Shown here one piece after another: positions 25,937 through 43,785 of a stretch of 64,000 bases of DNA (positions within the stretch are counted from its first letter, which is position 1; every line of letters begins with the position of its first letter). Both the position numbers and the translations under genes were made by a program. The notes below the pieces were generated by a model. It did no database searches, was not told where the DNA came from, and worked only from the letters and a program-made list of their open reading frames with translations. Location of the stretch: positions 341,992,001-342,056,000 of the forward strand of contig OZ024740.1 in the NCBI GenBank assembly GCA_964016885.1, in the 5' to 3' direction. This DNA comes from Eledone cirrhosa. Lineage: Eukaryota.

Positions 25937-28900
25937 GTATGTGACCACCAGCAGACTTTTACTTTAGTAAAATTACAGCATCTGCAAGCATTATTTACTA
26001 TTGGCTTTTTTCCTTGTTTTCACTTTTTGTTTTGTGTCAGATGTGTCTATTAAATGCAACTCAAATCTTTGTTTTATTTCAACATTTTGTTCTCTCTGTG
26101 TTTATCTAAACCAGTGGCTCTCAACCTTTTCTCAACAAGCTAACAGAACCTCAAGGGTTTGTGGACCACAGGTTGGGAACCACTGATGTAAACCTAAAAC
26201 TGTGTTGTTTTAGTAATTCTTTAGTTTAGATTCCATTTATTGTGGCCAGATCTTTTATTTTTTGTTGTCCAATGTCAGTTTTCAATGTTGTCTCAATAGA
26301 GTTTAAAACATTGTGTTGTCTGTCTTTCACTATTGTCTTCACTTTCACATTATTGTTTCTACTCATTTCATATTGTAAAAAAAAAAAAAGAAAGACAATT
26401 AAGATTGTCAATTAATTAAAGTTCTTTCTAATGAACTAAAATAGAGAAAGCAGCAGGAAACAGCTTCTTCGTTAAAATAGAACTTTACCTATCAACATTC
26501 CTAAACTACGTATTATAAAATATATCATTCTATAAAGTGGCATGTAAACAAAATGTTTTATATCCAATATATACAACCTCATTTAATTATGTACAGTTGC
26601 TTTATCATAATCCTTACTATTGTAAACGTACAGTAAACTTTAGCTCATGAATATTAATGATATACCATTTACATGTCACATTATATATAATAACTATTTT
26701 GTTTCTTTTATCTATCATGACTCGTTATTTTACATCCACCTTTTCCATGCTCACATGTTTCTTGATATAGTAATTATGGTTGGATGTCTTTTCTGGTATC
26801 AATTCTTTTAGTTGACTCCTATCCTATGACTCACACATATTTTATCTTCAGAATTGTACTGTTTTTTTGTTGTTTTTTACTTTATCAATAGAAACCCAAC
26901 ACGTTCATAGCATTATCATACATTGAAAAATGTAATTTATCAGCAACAGTAAATGGTATTCTATTTACATGTTTTAAATACACAATCATCATACCACTTA
27001 ATACTAAACTGTCCCCATACAATCCATATCACTGCTACTCTTCTTGATGCTACTGTAAGATACTCCTTTCATTCTGTTTCTGTTACCATATTTCTTCCAC
27101 ACAAAATACTCTTACTTTGTACTCAATATATATATATACAATAGTTCTAATTCAAGGGTTTACCCTCTGGTAACATTGTTTTGTTCAGTAATTTAAGTTT
27201 ACATCTTTACCATAATACAGCATCTAACAAAGGGGATATTTTTAAATTATTATTTTAGTTTCAAATAACAATAATAGCACAAAACAATACTAATTTATTT
27301 ACCTATGAACAACTAATGATGAATAAGTACCTGTACTAGGACCAAATACAATTAGTCTGAATTACACTTCTACATTGGTAACATGGTTATTAACCCTTTA
27401 TCAATTACATTACTTTATATTTTCTATTGTATTTTTGTGGTAAAGGCTTTAGCTAACATTATATCACACTTAATATTGAATCTATGAGATTTTGATATTA
27501 TTTATTTTGAGAACAATATCTTAACATAAGTATGTGTTGCCAGTTTGAACTGAAAGATGTGAGAGAATTATGGCCAAATATGGCCAGTTTAAATGCTAAA
27601 GGGTTAAGAACTATAACATACAGATTGTTATGTCCAAAACTGTAGGAAGAACTAATCAGTGTTTTGATAAATGAAATAGGTCCACTTAAAATTTTCTTCT
27701 CAACTGCAAACTATTTTTAAATATAATTGAAAAAAATGTACAAATCCAGAATCAGCAAATTGGCTCCCTGAGTAGACAAACTTTACCCAGATAGACAGAT
27801 AGTCTAGAGAAAACCAAACTGAATGTATAACAAATTTAGTTTCATTCCTTTATGTTCTAAGTTTGTCTGGAATCATTTTGTGTACAAAGGTGCAACTCTT
27901 CCAGACTAAAAAAAATGTCAAAATATATTAAAAATATGTTAAGTAATCAATAAGCTTACTTCTCGTAAAAACCTATCATTTTTAGTAACATAAAAAAAAA
28001 TTTCAAAATTTGTAAATAAAATAAAAAATGATTTTGCATTAAGTGCTCCTTTTACAAGCCATCATGAAAAGGTTGATAGTTTTTTGTACTATAATCCTTT
28101 TCAATGGCCTCAATAGCTTGATTAATACATTCTCAATAATGAACTACTTATTCTCTTCTTTGTAAATAGTGTATTATACTTTTTTTTTTATGCACCATTT
28201 TTATATTTCAAATTTATACATGGCTAGTGAAATAAATGATAGGATTAAAAAAAAGTCACCTTTGCCTGTAATTCATAACTCAGGGGCTCAATAAAACATA
28301 TACCAATAATATACTAGAGTTGACCCATTTGACTGTCTTCCCTGTGAATTTGTGGCCACAATGTTAATTTTAGTCATATTACTATTATTCTTATTTAGGA
28401 TGTTAGGCTCACAAAAATAAGGTTGTGGTTTTGATTCGTGGCAGCATATGGTGTCCTTGAGCAAGATACTTTCTTTTACATTGCTCCAATCCACTTAACG
28501 GGCAAAAATGAGTTGTACCTGTAAATCAAAGCACCAGCCTTGTTACCCTCTGTGTCGTGCTGACTCTCTCTCTTTGAACTATATTAACCCTTTAGCATTT
28601 ACATTATTCTATATTTACTATGTATTTTCATGGTAAAGGCTTTATCTCACATAATATCAAAGCTATAAGATTTTGATGTTATTTATTTTGAGAACAACAC
28701 CTTAACATCAGTATGAGCAGCCAGTTATGGCCGGTTTGACCAGAAAGAGGTGAGAGGATTCTGGCCGGATATGGCCAGTTTAAATGCTAAAGGGTTATGG
28801 GTATACATGTCTGTGGAATACTCAGCCACTTGCACATTAATTTCACAGGCAGATTATTCTGTTAATCAAATCACCTGAAACACTCATTGTTTAAAGCAAC

Positions 28901-29190
28901 AGAGGTCCAACAACACTATTCATAATAAATATCAACTCTTAATGTTCTGTACAACATGAAACAACATTAGCAAGACAATAATATTCTAGAGTTGATTCAA
29001 TTGGCTATAACTTCCTCTGTAAATCTGTGGTCTTGTGCTAATTTTAGAAATGACTCAATGTTCTGAGTTTAAATTCTACCATGTCAACTTTCCGGGATCA
29101 ATAAAATAAAGTACCAGTAACACACTCAGATCGATTTAATATACTTCCCCCTCCCCCAACAAAATTGTTGGCCTTGTGCCTTAATCAGAA

Positions 29191-29224
<34 letters not shown>

Positions 29225-30555
29225 GTAAAATCATTGGGGCATTGAAGAAATGTTTTGCAGTATTTATTCTAGATCTATGTTCTGAGTTCAAATCCCACTG
29301 AGGTCAACTTTGCCTTTCAGCCTTCGGGATGGGGGGAGGGGGGCATAAAATAAAATCCCAGTCAAGTAGTACTTGGGTCAGTTTAATCATATCCCTCTTC
29401 TTTAAATTGCTAGCATTGTGCCTAAATTAGAAGTCATTATTATTAATAAAAATCTGATCAACATGGCCATGAAAGGCTAGTAAAACTGTTGATTACAATG
29501 CTATACAAAAAATGGTATCACTTGAGTATGATGTCATAGAGAAAATGGTATATTTGTTTCAAACGTTGCCCTAAATTATCAATATGGTTTATTTGCAATT
29601 TTGATATTTAAAAAAAAAAAACATGTATTTTATCATTGTTTCAAACAGCTAATGTTGTTTTTAACAGTGCATATATAAATAAATACACATACACATGACG
29701 CTGCCCCAACATGGCTTCAGCCTATCGGCTGGAACACATTATTAAGTAATATATATATCATTATCATCATCGTCATTTAACGTCCATCTTTCACGCTAGC
29801 ATGGGTTTGACGGATTTGTCCCATTTAGAGACAAGTTGGGTCGGGTGACTGTATCTCGCTCATATAGGACTGTTTCTGACTGGTTTTTTACAACAGGATG
29901 CCCTTCTTAGTGCCAACCACATTTACACAGTGTATACTGGGTGCTTTTTACTGTCTTTCACACAAACACTTTACAGTGTGGGTCGGGTGCTTTTTGTCGT
30001 GACACCTACACGACCACTTTACAGTGTTGACTGGATGTTTTGTGGTACCAACATAACATACACACGCATATATATATATATATATATATATCAGAAAGGG
30101 TGTGCTAAAATACCAAGTGGACCATAACCCACCAGAGTACTCGATACTTGGCGTAGTAGAGTGGGTAATTTGAAAAGATTCAGGACACCAACAGCTGAGC
30201 TCCGGCCATTTCGACAGCTATATCTGAACTCAGATCTAGCTGTTGAAACAGCCGGAGCTCAGCCGTCAAAGTCTTCAATATTTTCATATAAATATATATA
30301 TATATTTTTAATGTTCTGCTTAGTTTTATGTTATATTATTTTTGTAAGATATTAAAGATGTTGTATTCATAACTTCATCATTATGAAGGGGTGCTGTTGT
30401 GGTACTTCCGTGCCAAATTTACATTGAGCGGTTATGGTGCAATGAGTCGATATATATATATAAATGAAGTATTTCCGTCAGAAAAGTACAGGAAAAAAGA
30501 GTGCTCTATGTAGGCTACAGAGCTTATTAGTTATGTAATAAACAACATAAGATAA

Positions 30556-30623
30556 TTATTTCATTTACCAGTGGTTTCTTGAAGACAGATGTTGTGTCTG
30601 TCTTCAGTCGTCAGAATGAATAA
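30556..30623 (-). ncRNA. Type I hammerhead ribozyme in the PLE terminal repeat
   Basis: ttattcatt-CTGACGA-c-tgaagacaga(cacaaca)tctgtcttca-a-GAAA-cc(act)gg-TA-aatgaaataa. Confidence 0.8.
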
Positions 30624-32097
30624 AAAACATGGTGTATTTATTAAATATGGATTTGAAAACAAAATTTAGGAAATATGAAAGTGAGGCTGAAAAAACGGGT
30701 GAAAAGGAAAAAGGGGAAATATATATATATATCAAACCTTATCATAAACCTAATGAAAATAAAAAATATATATATTTTAAAAAAAACCAGTTTCTCATAC
30801 CACCAACGGCCATAACCTTGAGAAATTCTGTAAAGACTTAATCAATACCTTTGCTAACCTAAACCTTAAAATTACTATAGATGCGAATCTTACTAATACT
30901 AACTTTCTTGATATCAATCTTGACCTACTTACCGCCTCTTTTAAACCTTATCATAAACCTAATGAAAATTTAAGATATATACACAAAGAGTCTTGCCATC
31001 CCCCTATAGTCTTTAAAAATCTTATAACCGTTAAAACTAACATAGGAAGAAAATTCCTCGACCTCCTTGACAAACATTTTCCCCCTAATCATAGATATAA
31101 TAAGATATTCAATAGTAATGTAGTTAAAATCAGTTACTCTTGCTTCCCATCAATGAAAACTAAAATTACCAACTCTAATGGTACTAGAGTAAATCCAGGA
31201 TGCAGTTGCAGGAAGCCAGAAGAATGCCCATTACAGGGTAAATGTAATACCAAATCTATTGTGTATGAGGCCAAATTGACACAAATGATTAATAACGAGC
31301 CAGCCAGGAGTGAACGATATGTTGGCATGACTCAGGGCAGATTTAAAACCAGGTATTATGCACATGTCGCTTCTTTCAAACACCCTGAAAAAAGAACAGC
31401 AACGGCGCTGGCAAATAAAGTGTGGGAGTTCAAAGACAAAAACATTCCGTACACTATTGATTGGTCTATTTTAGACCATTCATGAGAATACCAAAGGGGC
31501 GCAAAGAAATGTTCTTTGTGTACTACGGAAAAATTTAGAATTCTCTAAAACTTGAAAACTCCTACCACTTGTCTCAACTCTAAGACCGAGATATTTAGAT
31601 GTTGTCCGCACCTAAAATCGCATCTACTTTGTAACTGGATTAACATACCAACGATTACTCAACCACCTTGAGCTTCTTCTTTACTTATCACACCTTCCAC
31701 TCACTACCAATTTCATTACCTTATGAACACATACTTTTTCTCCCTCATCTCTTTCTATATATCATTTGACTTATATCCCTCCCCCCTTACTATCTACCAT
31801 ACCTTAATACATACACACCCACCACCTTTATCCTTTATGCAGATCACTTTTTAACTATATACCCTTATCCAGATCTCTTCACAAACACTTACTCTCTACT
31901 ACAATTTTTACAATCTTTTTCCCCCCTTTTACCTGTTCTTAATAATTGTTTTTATTATTTTATTTCAGTTTCACTCCCCTTTGTCCTTGCTTACCCACTA
32001 GGTTTTTAAGCGTACTTACATAAGGTTATATGTCGGCGCATATGCAGACAAAAGGCTTATGTGTACTTACATATATACGTGTTTTTATTTATATGTA

Positions 32098-32138
<41 letters not shown>

Positions 32139-32404
32139 GTATATATGTGTTTGTATATATATATATATATATGTGCAGTATGTATGTATGTATTTGTATA
32201 TATGTTTGCTTGTGCTTGTATATATGTTTTTGTGTATATGAGTATATATGTGTGTATAGATTTACGTATATGTTTATTTGTATGCGTGTGTTGATTTCTT
32301 ATTGCGTGCGTGTGTGCATACGCATATGTGTACGTGTGTACGTGGGTTGTGTACCTTTGAGATTCATTTGTTCTAATTTATTGTAGTGTTGTTTTGTATG
32401 TGTG

Positions 32405-32435
<31 letters not shown>

Positions 32436-33133
32436 ATGTATGTATATGTGTGTGTATGTGTATTTATTTTATATATATATACACATATGCGTGTGTGTTT
32501 TTGCATGTATGTATAGGTATGTATGCATGTATGTGTATATATACATATATATGTATATGCATATCTTGTGTATTTGTTTATATTTAAGTTGTTTTTATTT
32601 ATCTCCCACCCCCACCCCCGCACACTCAAACCTATCGTTGTCAACACGCCCCCCCCCCCCCCCCTTTTAACTTTATTTTGTTTTTATTTTGATTTTGATC
32701 TTTACTTTCTTATATATATACATATAAATGGAAAGTATAGAAATTATTATGAGCAAGAAGCACACAGTATTTCATAATATATATACATACATATATTTTT
32801 TTGTTCTTATTTATTTATTTAGTTATTCCTGTTTCCTAACTACTGTCCATTTTTGAGTGCATATATATCTGTGTATATGTATGTGTATGTATTTATGTTC
32901 CTGTCCATTTTTCTATGTAGACGCAAATACGCTTTTGTGAGAAAGTATCCTTTCTATGTACTTTTTAGTATATGCACGTACTTGAGTGTGAGTATGTTTA
33001 CGTTCTGGATTTTTTTATATATATATATTTTTTTTTTTTTCCCCTTTTTCCTTTTCAACCGTTTTTTCAGCCTCACTTTCATATTTCCTAAATTTTGTTT
33101 TCAAATCCATATTTAATAAAGACACCATGTTTT

Positions 33134-33199
33134 TTATTCATTCTGACGACTGAGGACAGACACAACATGTCTTCAAGAAACCACTGGTAAATGAAATAA
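33134..33199 (+). ncRNA. Type I hammerhead ribozyme in the PLE terminal repeat (sense to WDR59)
   Basis: Same core as 30556-30623 with slightly altered stem II; GUA cleavage triplet. Confidence 0.78.
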
Positions 33200-33679
33200 T
33201 TATCTTATGTTGTTTATTACATAACTATATATATATATATATATATGTATGCATATATATATGTATATATATATTTATATGCATGTATATATATATATAT
33301 GTATGTATATATATACGTATATATATTTGAAAGCGCATAAGTGAGTGGTTAGAGCATTGGGCTTGCAATTGAAAGGTCATGAGTTTGATTCTTGGACCGG
33401 GTGATGCGTTGTGTCCTTGAGCAAGACACTTTATTTCACGTTGCTCCAGTTTACTCAGCTGTAGAAATGAGTTGCAACGTCACTGGTGCCAAGCTGTATC
33501 AGCCATAGCCTTTCCCTTAGACATTGTTAGTGGCATGGAGAGGGGAGACTGGTATTCATGGGTGACTGCTGGTCTTTCTAAAATAAAACAACTTTGCCCA
33601 GACTTGTGCCTTGGAGGGAAACTTTCTAGGTGCATATCACATGGTCCTTCATGACCGATGGGGGGGGGGGGGTTTTCGA

Positions 33680-37510
<3,831 letters not shown>

Positions 37511-38000
37511 TTGAAATGTGTTAGTCACACATTTCAACACAACCTGATCTCAGTTTGACAATCACCACAGACAGACAAATGCGAGAAAGTTCTCCAACCC
37601 AAGTTAACCAGGAATCTCTGAAATTCTTCCCACCGAAGTTAACAAAGAACTTACTGGATCTACCAACTCATAATATTATAACATTAAATCAAAAATGTTT
37701 AACACTACAAGGGAAGTCATTCTTTTCCTTTTTTCAAATATATATATATATATCTCCACCTACAACAAGGGTATATAATGGTAATTATATGCTCTTGTTA
37801 TTACCCTTTATGGTAATAAACTGCGTAGGTCAGTGTCGAAATGAAGCATGAAATTGAGTTTTTATACAATACTAACATTCTAATCTTTCGATTTTTTTTT
37901 TCACTTTGCATGTTCAAACATGTTTTTACGTTTTGAGTTATGTAACAGGATTATGTGTCTATTCTCTGTGTAATTTAGTTTGTAGGTGTGTGTTTATTTG

Positions 38001-38034
<34 letters not shown>

Positions 38035-38357
38035 CAAATAAACATTTTGAAAGCCTTCAGCTATGAATTTGGAAACTAATTGTATCTCCTGCAGGAATCT
38101 GCTCTGCTAGATGGCCCTACATAATCAGTTTCCAAATTCATAGCTAAATGCTTTCAAAATGTTTATTTCTTAACATACTGTATATCGCTAGATATACAAA
38201 ATACACATACTTATATGTATACACCTATGTTAGAGTGAATACCTTAATATATATATATATATATACACATACACATATACATATGTTAATAAATATGAAG
38301 ACACAATTCTACATTTCCATACTTCAATTTATTTAAACAAATATATATATATATATT

Positions 38358-39706
38358 AGGAAAAAAGATGAAATCGAAAATGCAACTGGAGTCTTTTTAA
38401 GAATATTTATTTGGTTCCTTTACCGGTTTCGCAGTTCTTATGCTTTTCAAAAGTAGAATTGAGATGGAGGGTTTGTGATTTTTCTCGCATTTGGTTGGTG
38501 TTCGAATGTTACTTCTGTTTTATGTGGAAAAAAGTGGCTCAAAATGTTAGGTTTTTTTAGAAAAGTAATTTGGTTGGTTGATGACTGTCACGTGAATAAG
38601 TATAATAAATTTCGCGCCAGTTCGCGTTACAAAGTTCGTATTATATTTGCCTTTTAAAATAAAAAGGTGGAGGTGCTCAGATTGATTTTTCATATATGAG
38701 TGAAATTTGGTTGGTTGATGTCACATGAATAAGCACATCAACTTTCGCGCCAGTTCGTGTTTCAGTTTCTTTTCACTTAAAAAAGTTGCTCAAAACAGTT
38801 TTTTTATAAATGTAATTTGATTGGTTATGACTGTCACGTGAATAAGTACAGTAAATTTCTTGCTGTATTTGGGAATTTTTTTTGTAGACATTTAGAGAAT
38901 TTTGTGCCAAACAAAAGATAATGGTCAAGAAAGAAAAAAACCAGAGCTAAATAAACCTTAACATACGTTAACTCTAACACCTTAACATGCTAACCATACC
39001 CCACGCACACACATAACTCCCTCCCCCATTTCTACTAACGGAATCATTTTCCTACATACACACACAAATATATATATTCTCTCCATCTTAACATGCTAAC
39101 CATACTCCCACACACACATAACTCCCTCCCCTATTTCTACTAATAGAACCATTATCTTTTGTTTGGCACAAAATTCTCTAAATGTCTACAAAAAAAATTC
39201 CCAAATACAGCGAGAAATTTACTGTACTTATTCACGTGACAGTCATAACCAATCAAATTACATTTATAAAAAAACTGTTTTGAGCAACTTTTTTAAGTGA
39301 AAAGAAACTCAAACACAAACTGGCGTGAAAGTTGATGTGCTTATTCATGTGACTACATCAACCAACCAAATTTCACTCATATATGAAAAAAAAATCTGAG
39401 CCCCCTCCACCTTTTTTTTAAGGCAAATATAATAAGAACTTTGAAACGCAAACTGGCGCGAAATTTCTTATACTTATTCACATGACAGTCATCAACCAAC
39501 CAAATTACTTTTCTAAAAAAACCTAACATTTCGAGCCACTTTTTTCCACATAAAACATTCGAACACCAACCAAATGCGAGAAAAACCACAAACCCTCCAT
39601 CTCAATTCTACTTTTGAAAAGATTAAGAACTGTGAAACCAGTAAAGGAACCAAATAAATTTTCTTAAAAAGACTCCAGTTGCATTTTCGATTTCATCTTT
39701 TTTCCT
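38358..39706. repeat. ~560-bp inverted repeat pair (38358-38925 / 39148-39706), PLE-terminus-like
   Basis: Arms are highly similar reverse complements, each with a degenerate hammerhead (e.g. TTGAAAA-gca..tgc-GAAAccggTA). The spacer has a ~55-bp direct repeat. Confidence 0.9.
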
Positions 39707-39967
39707 TATACCTTCACTCGTGTAGGACATCTCGTTTTTATTTTTCATTTTGGAAAAAAAAACTCATTTTCTAATATATATATATATATTACTATGTTTC
39801 TTTTAATGTTGCATGAAAACCGATATATTTGTATTGTATGAGATACATTACAACATTGTATGTATGGTACATAATGTTTAATAAAATATTGAATGTACTT
39901 AACAGGATAGTTGATGTGTTGAACCAAAGTGTGAATATTTACTAGGGATGGGAGTGTTTAAGCAGAG

Positions 39968-40383
39968 AATGTGTTTGACTCTTAACATCCTGTACCACAT
40001 GAAACCACATTAGCAAAACACCACTATGACTGCATCACGTTAGAAATTAAAATTTTTACTTTAGTTTACTGCAAATTTTCTAAATGATTTGTCTTGTCCA
40101 CTAGTAAAAAATATTATAAATATTTGAATTAATAGTCTAGGTTTTTTATTCTTTCTGATAATCATCACAAGATGTTAAGAGTTAATAAGAGTGAATGTGT
40201 TTAATAGGAGAGAAGATGTGTGTAATCAAAGAGAGGTTGTTTAAATATGATGAATGTGTTTAACTCTTAACATCCTGTACCACATGAATCCACATTGGCA
40301 AGACATTCTTGAAAAGTACAAAGCAGCACTGTGGTTGCATCACATTAAAAATTGATGTCTTTACTCTAATACTGCAAATTTTC
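39968..40383. repeat. Local direct duplication of a TTAA-type MITE end (~39968-40080 and ~40254-40383)
   Basis: aatgtgtttRactcttaacatcctgtaccacatgaa...actgcaaattttc occurs twice. Confidence 0.7.
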
Positions 40384-41102
40384 ACAACAATCCCATTTTA
40401 AAATATTTTGTACTAAATCATTACAGAATATTAAGAAGTAATAGAAGCAGCATATTTTAATGTAGCATGAAGTCATTTAAACTGTATCAGTTATTTTGCT
40501 TTGTCGTATTACTCTTCTCAACACTTTAATAAAATAAAATAAAATTAGTATCTCTTTGACATTGATATTTATCTTACAAATATGTATCTGGTCTAGATTT
40601 TGTGTCTTCAGCCAAATTTAATTTGAATCAGCACTCTAACTCGTCACATTAACCCTTTTTATACCAACCTGCTTGAAACCACCCTTGGTTCTGTGATGAA
40701 AACCATTTGTTTTAAAGTGTTCATGTTTAATGTTAAACCTTCCATTATAATTTTTTGTAAGAACCTTTTCTTAAGTAATATTTTAGACACCAATTTATCA
40801 AGAAAGTTTTTTATATTCAAAATCCCTACAAATTAATTGAATATCAGAGACAGAAATTTTCATTAGAAATGTGGTAACAAAAGGGTTAAATTTGATTTGT
40901 AGCCAAATTTAGTATGAATTTCACTGATTAACAAGCATTTTATTTTGTAAATTATTTCAAATTCTAGAAACATACTGTTAAAGATTTTCGTTAAGTTGTT
41001 GAGAAGATGTTTGTAAACAGGTAAATATTTACATGTATATATGTATGGGTATATATGTGTGATGTTTTAAATTCTTCATCTTTTGCTCCTGTCTCTGTGA
41101 AG

Positions 41103-41217
41103 CCTTCAATTTAAGACGATCCAATAGTTGGTCTGATTCTTATGAGGGATTCAGATTTACTGAAAGTGGTAAAGATCAAAAAGAATCTGAGACAGAACAA
41201 CACTCAAAAAACTGTTG
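41103..41217 (+). CDS. WDR59: WDR59 exon (115 nt, phase 1 to 2), FNLRRSNSWSDSYEGFRFTESGKDQKESETEQHSKNC
   Basis: aag acceptor after a pyrimidine tract, TG|gtaagt donor. Resembles the WDR59 segment before LLDP (human ...ERDQHDKNKR, recalled). Confidence 0.85.
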
Positions 41218-41503
41218 GTAAGTCTTTGAAGATATTTTGTATGTTTTATTATATCAAATATTTAATGTATCAGTTTGTTTTGTACTAAGCTATGCTCTCA
41301 AGAGAAATTTTGCAAGACACAGAGCAAGATTGTATTTGAGCCCCAATGCTTTGCAAATTAACCAAATTTAGTTTATATATATATATATATATATACATAC
41401 ACACAAGGTGTCCCCCCAAAATGTATACACACTTTGATTACCTGTACAGGCAATACTTATTAGAATGCGGTTGAAGTATGTATACATTTTTTGGGACACC
41501 CTA

Positions 41504-41984
41504 TCTATATATATAAAGTTGTAGTTCCTGTCTGTTTGTTTGTTCACGAACTCCTCCTATCGTTTTGGAGATAGACCCCCATAACCGTATATATTTTGAA
41601 ACTACATGCCCAGTATATTTCATTTTAATCAAAGGGTTCCCCGAGGCACAAACCCCTGCTGAAAACTTTTTCCCTTCGATTTATATGAAATTTAAACCAT
41701 AGGTAAATGACAAGATATGATGCCTATTCAGAAAAGTTTTGAATTGATATTTTAAAAAAAATTATTTACAAGAAACAAAATAAGAATAAGATTTAATAAT
41801 GTAATTTTGATTTGATATATTTCAAAAAATAATGTTTTCCAATTTTTCATGCATTACATTTTACATTGAGTAATATTGAAATGCAGAGTTTTTCTCCATA
41901 AATTATATCACTGATTTAAAATCAATCATCATTTTCTTACAAAAAAATGTGTGAAATGCAGCAAGGCATGGGTAATTCAGCTAG
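41504..41984 (+). mobile_element. Non-autonomous Helitron-like element
   Basis: a|TCtatatatataaag...ctgtctgtttgtttg start; degenerate 3' hairpin and CTAG|t end. Confidence 0.7.
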
Positions 41985-42059
41985 TATATATATATCGAAT
42001 GTAGAAAAGTAAAATATTTTAATCTCGGGAATTTTACCCGCCCTAGATAGATAGATATA

Positions 42060-42720
42060 TATTAGGAAAATAAGAAAGAAAGTAGAAAATACTAATAGGA
42101 TTTTCTCATAGAAAAACAGAAAAACAATTTTTTTAAAACAATTATAGTACCAGTTTCAGTCGATAAAAATGTTGACTTCTTCATGTTACTGGAAATATGG
42201 TTAAAAGTATATAATAAAGTTAAGGTGTACATTAATTAGAAGAGGATATTAGAAAACATAGTTTACATATATATAAAAATTCACATTTTCATTTATCTCT
42301 TTCTCTCTCTCTCTTTTCCTTGGTGGTTTGGTGGTAGTAGCAGCTAAAATAGCAGTTAGCTTGTTCCCTGTTACTATTGTATTGTTATTTTTAGGCTTAA
42401 GTTGTTAAAGGAAAAGTGGAAGTTCTTTCTAAACCTATTGGTGTTTTAAGAAAAGCCTGTTATCCCATTATAGGCTGTGAACAATGTTTTTAATTTGTTC
42501 AGTATGAATAGGCCCACCAAGTCACTTGTCTCTGTTGACTCACTTATGCCTATGCTAACATCTATGGCAGCCTATATCAGGATGATGGGCTTTTCTTACT
42601 GCATGAATGAACCCCTTGAACCATCATCTGGCTTAGGAAGAACCTCCACTCTTTCTTTAACATAAACTAGCATAACACAAGTACACTTTGATGTTACCTT
42701 AGACTTAACAACTTCTCTTT
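42060..42720 (-). mobile_element. Penelope-like remnant (RT fragment + terminus with degenerate hammerhead at ~42145-42190)
   Basis: Reverse frame reads MGISESTETSDLVGLFILNKL. Core: aTGAAGA-agtc...gact-GAAActggTA. Confidence 0.7.
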
Positions 42721-42765
42721 ACTAGTTCTATATAAATGTGTGTGTTTGTATACAAATACACACAA

Positions 42766-42833
<68 letters not shown>

Positions 42834-42834
42834 T

Positions 42835-42895
<61 letters not shown>

Positions 42896-43135
42896 GTAAG
42901 TATGCATGTATACGTACATACATATATGTATACAGACGTACAGTAGTATGCATATATACATATATATATATATATACATATGCATACAGGTACACATACA
43001 TATATGCACGTATCAGTTTAGCGGACGCTTATTATAACGCCGTTTTGTTCGTTTGTAAACAAACTGAACAGCCTGAATTTATGCCATATGGTGTTAAGGC
43101 AACCACGTCACCTTTTTGTTCAACACTGACACAGG

Positions 43136-43180
43136 AACGATGTACTAGTTTCAAGCTTGTTAGCTATCATCAGCACCGTT
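43136..43180 (-). ncRNA. Minimal type I hammerhead ribozyme, copy 1
   Basis: aacggtg-CTGATGA-t-agc(taacaa)gct-t-GAAA-ctag-TA-catcgtt. Confidence 0.85.
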
Positions 43181-43599
43181 TACCCATCTGCCAGATAGTT
43201 GAACGTTCGAAAGTATATACTTTCCTTATGAAAATTAACGGCTGAGCAGCCTAATTTGCATATTGAGTGAGTTAAATCGGTCAGGCATACCGAAAACGAT
43301 AAATTGAAATAAAATGAAAACGAAATTTCATTTCTCACTCTTAGTATGGCACTTACTTAAATGTAAGTATGGCATGTATACGTACATACATATATGTATA
43401 CAGACGTACAGTAGCATGCATATATACATATATATATATACATACGCATACAGGTACACATACATATATGCACGTATCAGTTTAGCAGACGCTTATTATA
43501 ACGCCGCTTTGTTCGTTTGTAAACAAACTGAACAGCCTGAATTTATGCCATACGGTGTTAAGGCAACCACGTCACCTTTTTGTTCAACACTGACACAGG

Positions 43600-43644
43600 A
43601 ACGATGTACTAGTTTCAAGCTTGTTAGCTATCATCAGCACCGTT
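43600..43644 (-). ncRNA. Minimal type I hammerhead ribozyme, copy 2
   Basis: Identical to copy 1, 464 nt away. Confidence 0.85.
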
Positions 43645-43754
43645 TACCCATCTGCCAGGCTGTTCAGTTTGTTTACAAACGAACAAAGCGGCGTTATAAT
43701 AAGCGTCCGCTAAACTGATACGTGCATATATGTATGTGTACCTGTATGCATATG

Positions 43755-43785
<31 letters not shown>

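Larger units (their letters stand above)
30528..33227 (+). mobile_element. 5'-truncated Penelope-like element (RT C-terminus + GIY-YIG endonuclease) with inverted terminal repeats
   Basis: NFLDINLD...KPYHKPNE..YIHKESCHPP, then CSCRKPEECPLQGKC..SIVY..RYVGMT...FKTRY..H. ~190-bp inverted arms at 30528-30719 and ~33037-33227. Confidence 0.9.
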
